A stretch of 55,587 bases of DNA from Spirochaetales bacterium (GTDB lineage: Bacteria > Spirochaetota > Spirochaetia > DSM-27196 > SKKC01). Position numbers and translations under genes: made by a program. Position 1 is the first letter of the stretch. Each line of letters opens with the position of its first letter. Location of the stretch: assembly GCA_007135605.1 (NCBI GenBank), contig SLIN01000105.1, forward strand, positions 1 to 55,587, given 5' to 3'. The notes below the pieces were generated by a model. The model was not told the origin of the DNA. It did no database searches and was given only the letters and a program-made list of their open reading frames with translations. Below, piece after piece: positions 44,319 to 51,820 of this stretch.

Positions 44319-46358
44319 CTAACCGCTGAAGTCTCCGGACTTCGGTATATCGCGTTTCGTTATCGAGCAGAGCACCTCGTCGGTCAGCGGGGTTATGCGG
44401 GTAATGCGGTTTGCCTGTCGTTCGATGATGTTCTCGAAGAGGTTTCTCACCATTCGCCCGTTACCGAAACTGCGTCCCCGTTCTTCGTAGAGCTCGGTGA
44501 TCAGATCGAGCACCGCCTTGCGCGCGGTACGAGTCAGCGTGAAGCTCGCCCCGTCGACGAAGAGATCGAAAATCTGCATCAGCTCCTTCGGGGTGTAGTG
44601 CTCGAAATAGAAATAGCGGCTGAAACGGCTCTTGAGTCCCGGGTTGCTGTCGATGAACTCGTTCATCTCGTCCGGATAGCCGGCGGCAATCACTACCAGG
44701 CGCTCGCGGTAGTCCTCCATCCGTTTCAGGAGCGTATCGATCACCTCCTGCCCGAAATCTTTGTCACCGGTGCGCGGATTCAGCGTATACGCCTCGTCGA
44801 TGAACAGCACCCCGTCGAGCGCCTGCTGGACGATCTCCTCCACCTTGATCGCCGTCTGGCCGACATACCCGGCCACCAGACCGGCCCGATCGGTTTCCAC
44901 CATGTGACCTTTTTCGAGCAGTCCGAGGCACTTATAGACCCGTCCGAGATATCGGGCGATGGTTGTCTTCCCCGTCCCCGGAGGGCCGTAGAACACCGCA
45001 TGCATGGAAAACGGGGTCACCGGCAGTTCCCGTTTCTCCCGCTCCCGGTGAATCGTCAGCAGATTCACGAACGTGTCGATCTGCTGTTTGACGTTTCGCA
45101 TTCCGATCAGCCCGTTGATCTCCTCCATGACCTCTTCGAGCGTCTCGTCATCGTCCTTCGCTACACGGACCGACGTGTCGGTCTCGCTCTCGGCGGCCGA
45201 TTCGGCATTTTCTCCGTATATCAGCTTGTGCACTCGCGCGAGGCGCTTCTTACGCAACTGCGTGTGCATACCCGAGTTCTTCAGAACGTGGTCACAGAAC
45301 CGGTAGAGCGCTCCGGACACCTCGTCGAAGTAGTCGGTGTCCTCCCGCTCGTCGTATTCGCGCAGATAATCGAGACTGCGCAGTGCTTCGTCTTTCGACG
45401 AGGGACGGTATTTCCGGAGCTCGTTGCGAACATAGTCCCAGTGCCGGAGAATCATGTTCGCCTGTCGATAGGAGAGATCGTCGTACTTGAACAGATCGAT
45501 AATCAGATTGCGGTCGTCGGTAAGGCTCTGACGCATCGGCAACACCACGACGGTGACAAAGAGCCGTGCAGGCTCGGGCACCTCGTCCCGGTCTCCGATA
45601 CACATATCCGCAAGTCGGAATAGATCGCCCATCAGAGCCTGAAAAAAGCCGGGCTCAGCGGTCTTCTGTTTGAAGTTGTTAATGGTGATGAAGATATCGC
45701 GGGCGGCAAGGTGTTGGCGGTTGAGATTCTGCAACCGGCTCCGTCCCGCGCCGGTCTGCAGGTCGGCGCCGTCTTCGGTCTCCGACCGATCGCGGACCTC
45801 GTCGCTGCCGGACGAAGCAGCCGGAGTACGGTTCGGTGCGCCATCGGAAACTCCGGCCCCGGACGACATGCCGCCGTCCACTCCGACGGCGTCGCTATCG
45901 CCGAGCGGCTCGAGTCTCCTGCGGTTCAACCCGTCGGTAAACGCCCGCGACTGTCCCTCGGTGAGCGTCGTGCTGAGCGTACACGTGCCGGAAGAGTGCT
46001 CAAGGTATATTTTCGTCGATGATATACCGCTTTTCGTGTGAACGGAGAGGAGATCAACGTAGGCCAGCTCTTCGGGTTGCGCGGAGGCACTCGCATTTGA
46101 AACAAACAGTGCTCGACGGGAGGTGTAACACAGAATACCTGCGACACCGGAGCCGGTCCCCGAAAGGCGAACCCCGCGCCAGAACCCTTCCACGAGGTCT
46201 TCGACGGTTTCGTCCTCGTCGAGAATCCGCTCCAGATTCGCGGTTACATTCCCCTTAAAGCTTATGCCACGCCAGTTCGGCAGCTGCTCAAGCTGTGACG
46301 CTAACTGCTCCTGCGAAACCATTATGTCAAGTTCGTTCCCTTTACCGGACCGCCGCAA
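44319..46358 (-). CDS. AAA+ ATPase of the CbbX/SpoVK type with N-terminal bacterial PH-like domain
   Basis: This is a 679-aa ORF. The C-terminal half has FYGPPGTGKTTIARYLGRVY (Walker A), GLVAGYVGQTA, GVLFIDEAY (Walker B), VIAAGY and NPGLKSRF. The N-terminal ~140 aa (GILCYTSRRALFV...YVDLLSV...KIYLEH) look like a YokE/bPH-type PH domain. Confidence 0.85.
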   Translation of the reverse strand: MRRSGKGNELDIMVSQEQLASQLEQLPNWRGISFKGNVTANLERILDEDETVEDLVEGFWRGVRLSGTGSGVAGILCYTSRRALFVSNASASAQPEELAYVDLLSVHTKSGISSTKIYLEHSSGTCTLSTTLTEGQSRAFTDGLNRRRLEPLGDSDAVGVDGGMSSGAGVSDGAPNRTPAASSGSDEVRDRSETEDGADLQTGAGRSRLQNLNRQHLAARDIFITINNFKQKTAEPGFFQALMGDLFRLADMCIGDRDEVPEPARLFVTVVVLPMRQSLTDDRNLIIDLFKYDDLSYRQANMILRHWDYVRNELRKYRPSSKDEALRSLDYLREYDEREDTDYFDEVSGALYRFCDHVLKNSGMHTQLRKKRLARVHKLIYGENAESAAESETDTSVRVAKDDDETLEEVMEEINGLIGMRNVKQQIDTFVNLLTIHREREKRELPVTPFSMHAVFYGPPGTGKTTIARYLGRVYKCLGLLEKGHMVETDRAGLVAGYVGQTAIKVEEIVQQALDGVLFIDEAYTLNPRTGDKDFGQEVIDTLLKRMEDYRERLVVIAAGYPDEMNEFIDSNPGLKSRFSRYFYFEHYTPKELMQIFDLFVDGASFTLTRTARKAVLDLITELYEERGRSFGNGRMVRNLFENIIERQANRITRITPLTDEVLCSITKRDIPKSGDFSG

Positions 46359-46406
46359 TCGATGGCCCGATTTCTCTCCCAGCGTTCTACTGCGATGCCG
46401 AGTATA

Positions 46407-47477
46407 TCAGCGATCCGGAGCTGATTCCAGCCGGTCTAATACAGTCAACATATGGCGCCGCGTCAGGTCGCCCATATTGTCCAGCGTCTCGAAGGCCGGG
46501 TCGTGATGGTACCGGGCGAGTTCGTTCGCCAGACGTTCAACCCGGTCCGGTGTCGAAATATTGTCGTGGCTCATGCAACCCAGCAGTAAATCGACGCGCA
46601 TCCATGAGGCATCCAACCGACGAGCCATGAGACTGCGCTCCTCCTTCTGGTACTGACGGATGGTCTTCGGCGGTAGGAGCCGCCAGACGGTATCAACCGC
46701 CGATGCGTTCTCCTTATAGAATTGCGCGAGGTAGATCTTGAGCTCCCCTTCGAAGCTCTGCTGGTCGAAGTCGATCGCGCGTACGCGATACTGCTCCATA
46801 TCGAAGTCCTGAGTCAGAACGATCACGTAGTTGTAACTGCGCATGTCACCGAGTAGCTTCGCGAAGCAGCGTTCATTGAACTTCACGAACTCTTTCGCGA
46901 GTCGCGTTCGACTGCGCTGATCCGGTGGCATTCGTTCGGCGAGAAAGGTATCTCCCGGAATTCCGGTGATATGCTCTTCGATGAGTGTTGTCCCGTGCAC
47001 CAGAAAGTTTATGCGGTTTGGCGAGAGTATGTGTTCGAGCTCGAGGCCGTACGCTCGCGAGGCGTCGGTATTCTTCACGTAGTAGTAATCGTGGTTGTCG
47101 TTGTAGCGGTTTACGACTTTAATGCGAAACGGCTTCGAGTTGCCGAACCGGCAGAACTCGACCCGTTCGATAAAGAGATGATCGGTGTAGGTGGGATCGT
47201 CGGGAGTCTTGAGATACGCGTAGATCCGAGTCAGCTCCCTATGCAACTCGTTGGTCTCCGAGGGCGAATAGACGACAATCTCCCAGTAGCTTTCTTTGCC
47301 GTCGGCGGTTTCACGAGGAATCGATTCGGTGAATCGCAACAGGTCGTCGTACACCACGTCGACCGCCTCGGTGCGCTGATACCGCTTCAGGTACTCGGCA
47401 AGCTCCTCTCCGATCGGAAACTGCGGCTTGCGCTCGCGAATCTTCACCATGCTCTGTGAAGGAATCTGCCGTACCAT
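46407..47477 (-). CDS. Hypothetical cytoplasmic protein with protein-kinase-like (APH/ChoK-type) catalytic-loop motifs
   Basis: This is a 356-aa ORF. LLGDMRSYNYVIV has the G-D-x4-N pattern of a catalytic loop, and RAIDFDQ lies 20 aa later like a DFG-type metal site. Together they span nt 46764-46847. LIEEHITGIPG is hinge-like. The start overlaps the upstream stop by 1 nt. CDS confidence is good, but the fold call is tentative. Confidence 0.7.
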   Translation of the reverse strand: MVRQIPSQSMVKIRERKPQFPIGEELAEYLKRYQRTEAVDVVYDDLLRFTESIPRETADGKESYWEIVVYSPSETNELHRELTRIYAYLKTPDDPTYTDHLFIERVEFCRFGNSKPFRIKVVNRYNDNHDYYYVKNTDASRAYGLELEHILSPNRINFLVHGTTLIEEHITGIPGDTFLAERMPPDQRSRTRLAKEFVKFNERCFAKLLGDMRSYNYVIVLTQDFDMEQYRVRAIDFDQQSFEGELKIYLAQFYKENASAVDTVWRLLPPKTIRQYQKEERSLMARRLDASWMRVDLLLGCMSHDNISTPDRVERLANELARYHHDPAFETLDNMGDLTRRHMLTVLDRLESAPDR

Positions 47478-48868
47478 TACTCTCCTGTCCTCCGGATGAA
47501 CTCCATATCTCGTACGCGGCCCGTTGAAAGGCGGAATCGCCGAAACCCGCCGTCACCGGTCACATCGGAGAAGGAAAGCCGCCACGAACCGGCCTGCCAC
47601 GTGCTCGCACCGGCGTACGATACGCGAGTCCGATTCGCTCCCGGGCGTTCAAGATACAGTGAATGCCCGTCGCGCGTCAGGCGATACACCACATCGAGCT
47701 CGTCGTTGTAAAACGTACCGCTATACGGCGCGACGAGCCGGGCAAGCTCATCCTCCAGGAGTATGGTCGCAATCTGCTCGGTAATCCGGCCGGCCACCAG
47801 ATCGTCACGATTCGAGAAAACGATGATCGATGTCCCGACCTCCGGAAAGTAGCGATAATCGTGTCGAAACCCCATGAATCGCGCGCTATGGCCGACCCAT
47901 GAGTAGGAGTTCCACTCGCCGCGGCGCAAACCGAACGCATAGCGTCCGTCCCGATCGATCAGCGAGCGTATAACCGGGTCGATATCGAGAGGATCGTCCC
48001 GGCGCAGCCGGTCCCAGCGGATCCAGTCGGAGACGGTCGTGTAGATCCCGCCGTCTCCGTAACCCTGCCACGTATTCAGGTAGGCGTGAGCCCACTCGTC
48101 CCCACTCGGCTCGTAGCCGATGGCACGTTGAGCAACCACGCGCCGGCGATCGACCTGAACATGCGTGTGAGCCATACCCATCGGCTCGAACAGCTCGCGC
48201 TCGGCGAAACGGTCGAAACGCGTATCGGTAACCTCTTCTATCACCGCCGCTAATGCCATGTAGTTGCTGCTCGACTCGCGCACCGATGAGCCGGGCCGTC
48301 CCGTAAGCATCTCGGCCCGATAGACGGTATCGAGGTAGTCATCGAGCGAGAGCGGATCGGCAATGCTGATATCGGCCACCTCGATCAGCTCGAAATAGTC
48401 GGGTAGCCCGGCGCTCTGGCGTATCAAGTGTCCCACTGTGGCATCCTCGGCCCATTCCGGCCATCCGTCGAGGATATCGCCGACACGGTCGGCGGAGTCG
48501 AGCTCACCGTCCCGCATGAGTACAGCCGCCGCTGCGCCGGTCACCTGACGTGAGAGTTGTGCCGCGTAGAAGCGCGTCTCTGTGGTTATCGGCACGTCGT
48601 AGTCGAGGTTAGCCACCCCGGCATCCCGCCGGTATCTGAGCCCGCCGTCATCGACGACCGCGACGGCGATTCCCGGTTCGCCCGGCTCAACGAGCGATTC
48701 GATCAACTCGTCTATCCGCTGTCTTCGCTCTTCGTCCATCTCGAGAATCCGCTCGCTCTCGTCCGGCGTGTCCTCCGGGGCTCCGCTTGCCGCCACCGAA
48801 ATACCGGCGCCGAGCATGGTCGCCGTCAGAAGGAGAAGGATGATGTTTAGACGGGTGCGTCCGTTCAT
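47477..48868 (-). CDS. Secreted beta-lactamase-fold (serine hydrolase family) protein with degenerate active site - probable pseudoenzyme
   Basis: This is a 463-aa ORF with a signal peptide. Where its paralog has SLSK, this protein reads QLSR (nt 48548-48559). Where the paralog has YSN, it reads SSN. The whole protein contains no Lys. Confidence 0.8.
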   Translation of the reverse strand: MNGRTRLNIILLLLTATMLGAGISVAASGAPEDTPDESERILEMDEERRQRIDELIESLVEPGEPGIAVAVVDDGGLRYRRDAGVANLDYDVPITTETRFYAAQLSRQVTGAAAAVLMRDGELDSADRVGDILDGWPEWAEDATVGHLIRQSAGLPDYFELIEVADISIADPLSLDDYLDTVYRAEMLTGRPGSSVRESSSNYMALAAVIEEVTDTRFDRFAERELFEPMGMAHTHVQVDRRRVVAQRAIGYEPSGDEWAHAYLNTWQGYGDGGIYTTVSDWIRWDRLRRDDPLDIDPVIRSLIDRDGRYAFGLRRGEWNSYSWVGHSARFMGFRHDYRYFPEVGTSIIVFSNRDDLVAGRITEQIATILLEDELARLVAPYSGTFYNDELDVVYRLTRDGHSLYLERPGANRTRVSYAGASTWQAGSWRLSFSDVTGDGGFRRFRLSTGRVRDMEFIRRTGE

Positions 48869-50310
48869 AGGCCGTCGTCCGAGGATTCGTCGTCGGGGAG
48901 GATATCGTCGGGGTGGATGTCGTCCCGGCGCCGAAACGTCAATTCGCCGACGCTCGGTGTTCGCACGGTGAAGTACTCGGCATCGTCGGCGAATTCGAGC
49001 CGCCGGCTGCCGCTCGCGAACTCGCCTTGGCCCCGGTGCACAAAACGCTGAGGCGGACGGCGATCGTGCTCGAGGTACAGATCGCCATCGCGCAGCGTGA
49101 CCGTGTATCTCGCCCTCAGAGCCTCGTGCTCGTACTCGCCGGCGTATCGCTTCAGTTCCTCCTCGAATCGATCGGCAAGCAACTCATCGACGATTCGCAC
49201 GGCGTACGAGTACGGGCTGACATCGGCGCGGTTGCAGAATACCGAGATGGCAAGCTCCTCGTCCGGCAGATAGAGGAACTGCGTGCGAAAACCCATGTAG
49301 TTGCCGTCGTGGGCGAAGGTCTCGATTCCGCGGTACGTTCCGGCGTAGAGTCCCGAGGCGTATCTCAGTTGCCACCCGGTGTCGGTCGACCCTCGCTCGG
49401 TCATCCGCTCGGCAAACTCTTCCAACGGCGTCCGATTGTCGGAGAAATTCCGGCTCCAAAGCGCGAAGTCTTCGACGGTCGTCACGAGCCCGCGAGCGCC
49501 TATCCAGTCGGCGTGACCGCGATAGAACTCGCCGAATTGAGTGCCGCGGCGGATGTAGCTCATGGCACGGTCGGGAATCGGTCGGGTAGGGTCGTCGTGA
49601 AAGTGGGTTTGTTCCATCTTCGACGGTTCAAAGAGGTTTCGGGCCGCATAGTCGTTGAGACTCTCACCGGTTACCCGCTCGATAACCTCCGCGATAAGCA
49701 CGTAACCGGTATTGCTGTAGAGATAGGCGGAACCAGGCCGGAAATTGAGATCGCGCTGGGCGAATACGTACGAGAGCAGGCGATTCCTACCGGTGACCCT
49801 GTCGAGCCCTCGACCTTCGATCTGCAGGAGGTGGATGATATCACGCAATCCGGAGGTATGGTGCAACAGGTGCCGCAGCGTAATCGGCGCCCGATACTCG
49901 GGAAGCTCAGGTAGATAGACGCGCACATCGTCGTCGAGATCGACCTCACCGTGCTGATCGAGCAGAAGCAGGGCGGCGGCGGTCACCTGTTTCGACAGGG
50001 ACGCGACGGAAAAGCGGGTTTCGGAGGTAATCGGAATTCCGTAATCGAGGTTCGCACTGCCGTAGGCATCCTGCAGCAGTAACTCACCTCCGCACGTTAT
50101 TGACACCGCGCAACCGGGATCGTCGGGAGCGATCGCCGCGAAGATCTCGTCTATCTGGGGCCGTTCGCCTTGCCGGGCGAGATCGTCATGCGCGTCGGCA
50201 CCTTCGGCGTGATCGGCCGCGAACAGCAACACGCCGGTCAACGGCGGCGCGGTGGCAAGCAGTGCAATGAATAACAGTGAGTAGACGTGGCGCAGACTAC
50301 TACGATGCAA
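48865..50310 (-). CDS. Secreted serine hydrolase, beta-lactamase/DD-peptidase (class C-like) family
   Basis: SxxK is SLSK (nt 49990-50001) and YxN is YSN, in LYSNTGYVLIA. The track start (GTG 50385) lies inside the 135-bp repeat element. TTG 50310 gives a cleaner signal peptide, (M)HRSSLRHVYSLLFIALLATAPPLTGVLLFAA. The start is uncertain. Confidence 0.8.
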   Translation of the reverse strand: MHRSSLRHVYSLLFIALLATAPPLTGVLLFAADHAEGADAHDDLARQGERPQIDEIFAAIAPDDPGCAVSITCGGELLLQDAYGSANLDYGIPITSETRFSVASLSKQVTAAALLLLDQHGEVDLDDDVRVYLPELPEYRAPITLRHLLHHTSGLRDIIHLLQIEGRGLDRVTGRNRLLSYVFAQRDLNFRPGSAYLYSNTGYVLIAEVIERVTGESLNDYAARNLFEPSKMEQTHFHDDPTRPIPDRAMSYIRRGTQFGEFYRGHADWIGARGLVTTVEDFALWSRNFSDNRTPLEEFAERMTERGSTDTGWQLRYASGLYAGTYRGIETFAHDGNYMGFRTQFLYLPDEELAISVFCNRADVSPYSYAVRIVDELLADRFEEELKRYAGEYEHEALRARYTVTLRDGDLYLEHDRRPPQRFVHRGQGEFASGSRRLEFADDAEYFTVRTPSVGELTFRRRDDIHPDDILPDDESSDDGL

Positions 50311-50334
50311 AGACTCCGGACCCCTCAAAACGCC

Positions 50335-50469
50335 CAGGAGCTGGTCGGACTTCACTGCGAAATTGAATACCAGGCCTACTCTCACTCACCGGCATGCGTC
50401 GTGACGGCTGGAAGAATGCATCCGGCCGTCCCAATATTCAATTCTGCCCATATGCCCAACGAACTCCTG
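50335..50469 (+). repeat. 135-bp imperfect-palindrome repeat element, copy 1 (more degenerate)
   Basis: The element runs CAGGAGCTGGTCGGACTTCACTGCGAAATTGAATACC...CCAATATTCAATTCTGCCCATATGCCCAACGAACTCCTG. By hand alignment its flanks are about 80-85% identical to 51514-51648. Its termini are inverted repeats (CAGGAG / CTCCTG, AATTGAATA / TATTCAATT). Confidence 0.75.
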
Positions 50470-50529
50470 AGGCCATTATAGTCCGAAATCCGCTGTCCCG
50501 CACACCGTTCGATCGTAAAATCGGGGCGA

Positions 50530-51252
50530 CTACCGGAGGTCAAACACCAGATCGACTGAGGCAGTTACCTCGATATCGCCGCTCGCGTACGCTTCCGGCT
50601 CCGCGGACTCGACCTGAAGCTGATCGGCGCGAACCATCGGGCGGGGGAAGCTGAAACTCTGCTCACGAACGGTATGAACGCGGGCGAGTTCGGCGTCGAG
50701 CGGCTCAAGCATCGCAAGCGCCTTCCGGCGCGCCTCAGCCACCGCCTTTCGCAACGCATCATCGGTGGCTTCGCTGCGGTCGGAGATATCGTAGCTCACA
50801 CTCCGAAGGCGGTTCGCTCCCCGCTCGAACAGTGCGGCCACAATCTGCGGTAGCAATTCGAGATCGTCGATAACAACCGATACATCGCGAACCGCCTCGA
50901 AACCGTCTTCCACATACCGGCGGTTCGGTTCGTCGTAGCGACGCAATGGTCGCAGTTGCAGCGATTCCATGCGGATCTCACGTTCGGGAACTCCGAGCTC
51001 GCGGACCGCCTCGAGGGCCGCGGCCGACGCACGCTCGTTCTCGACTCGTGCGGCATCCGCCTCATCCGCGCGCGTCTCTACGGCAAAACGCACCGTGGCG
51101 GTGTCGGGGGCCACGTGCACGACACCACGCCCGGAGACGTGCAGCTGTCGTTCTTCGGAAACCGCTTGTCCGTGTGCGTCCGCACCTCCGATCGTGGCGA
51201 CGAAAGCAATACCGATGAGAAGAACTAACGGGCGTAAAATCGATGTGTTCAT
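50530..51252 (-). CDS. SIMPL-domain (DUF541) periplasmic protein
   Basis: I moved the start to ATG 51252 (MNTSILRPLVLLIGIAFVATIGGADA, a signal peptide). LHVSGRGVVHVAPDTATVRFAVETRA...A...NE is the typical SIMPL/DUF541 N-terminus. Confidence 0.85.
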   Translation of the reverse strand: MNTSILRPLVLLIGIAFVATIGGADAHGQAVSEERQLHVSGRGVVHVAPDTATVRFAVETRADEADAARVENERASAAALEAVRELGVPEREIRMESLQLRPLRRYDEPNRRYVEDGFEAVRDVSVVIDDLELLPQIVAALFERGANRLRSVSYDISDRSEATDDALRKAVAEARRKALAMLEPLDAELARVHTVREQSFSFPRPMVRADQLQVESAEPEAYASGDIEVTASVDLVFDLR

Positions 51253-51344
51253 ATCTGCTCTCAGTATAGCGCACTTATCTCGAGGAAACGCGCACCGTTC
51301 GATTCCGGCAATACTCTCCACGTTGTGTCGACGTCACCGAGTTC

Positions 51345-51388
51345 GTTGACAGTCTGTTGACACTCCCGTGTTGACACTCCCGTTGACA
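51345..51388. promoter_or_regulatory. Four direct GTTGACA repeats (possible stacked -35 elements or regulator-binding array)
   Basis: GTTGACA starts at 51345, 51356, 51370 and 51382 (spacings 11, 14 and 12 nt). The two inner copies are GTTGACACTCCC. The array lies between the divergent SIMPL gene and tRNA-Gly. Only the last copy has a weak -10 (TACAAG, 51406-51411) at 17-nt spacing. Confidence 0.35.
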
Positions 51389-51438
51389 GAGTCGAGCGAC
51401 CCTGATACAAGAGCACTCGGTACAACGAGTTCATACGC

Positions 51439-51510
51439 GCGACCGTCGTATAATGGTTATTACCCCAGCCTTCCAAGCTGGAGATGTGGGTTCGATTCCC
51501 ATCGGTCGCT
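51439..51510 (+). tRNA. tRNA-Gly (anticodon UCC)
   Basis: Folded by hand: acceptor GCGACCG/CGGTCGC, anticodon stem CCAGC/GCTGG with loop CTTCCAA, T-arm GTGGG-TTCGATT-CCCAT, discriminator T. No CCA is encoded. Confidence 0.9.
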
Positions 51511-51513
51511 GAT

Positions 51514-51648
51514 CAGGAGTTTGTCGGACTTCACTTCGGAACTGAATATCGGACATATATATCGACATCGGACTGCATTTGTTTCGGCGGAAATATGCGC
51601 CAAGCCCTTCCGATATTCAATTCTGCCCATATGTCCGACAAACTCCCC
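51514..51648 (+). repeat. 135-bp imperfect-palindrome repeat element, copy 2 (better preserved)
   Basis: The element starts 4 nt after tRNA-Gly. Its inverted termini are GAGTTTGTCGGAC (51517-51529) and GTCCGACAAACTC (51633-51645), matching 13/13. A second pair is TGAATATCGG (51543-51552) and CCGATATTCA (51610-51619), matching 10/10. Confidence 0.75.
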
Positions 51649-51650
51649 AG

Positions 51651-51680
51651 ACGCCGCCTTCAGCCGAGGCGGCGTTTTCG
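51651..51680 (+). terminator. Rho-independent terminator
   Basis: The stem is ACGCCGCCT (51651-51659) paired with AGGCGGCGT (51667-51675), a perfect 9 bp with a 7-nt loop. It is followed by TTTTCGTATGTGTT. Confidence 0.6.
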
Positions 51681-51820
51681 TATGTGTTGCCGCGAAGCGC
51701 CGAACGAGAGCGACGCGGAAATCGCAAGCCCCGGAATCGGAGAGCCGGAGAACGGGAACTTGCCCGACAGGCTCGTAGTTCTTGCCAACATGTATATTCG
51801 ACAGCACAGGAGCGTGTGCC

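Noticed and set aside
44598-45623. 341-aa + strand ORF.
   Set aside because: It is antisense to the AAA+ ATPase gene, whose Walker motifs fix the true frame.
48913-49914. 333-aa + strand ORF.
   Set aside because: It is antisense to the serine hydrolase gene, whose SLSK/YSN motifs fix the true frame.
50470-51513. The segment between the two 135-bp repeats, considered as a composite transposon or tRNA-linked genomic islet.
   Set aside because: There is no transposase or integrase and no target-site duplication. The repeats are not derived from the tRNA 3' end, and the cargo is a single ordinary SIMPL gene plus the tRNA.
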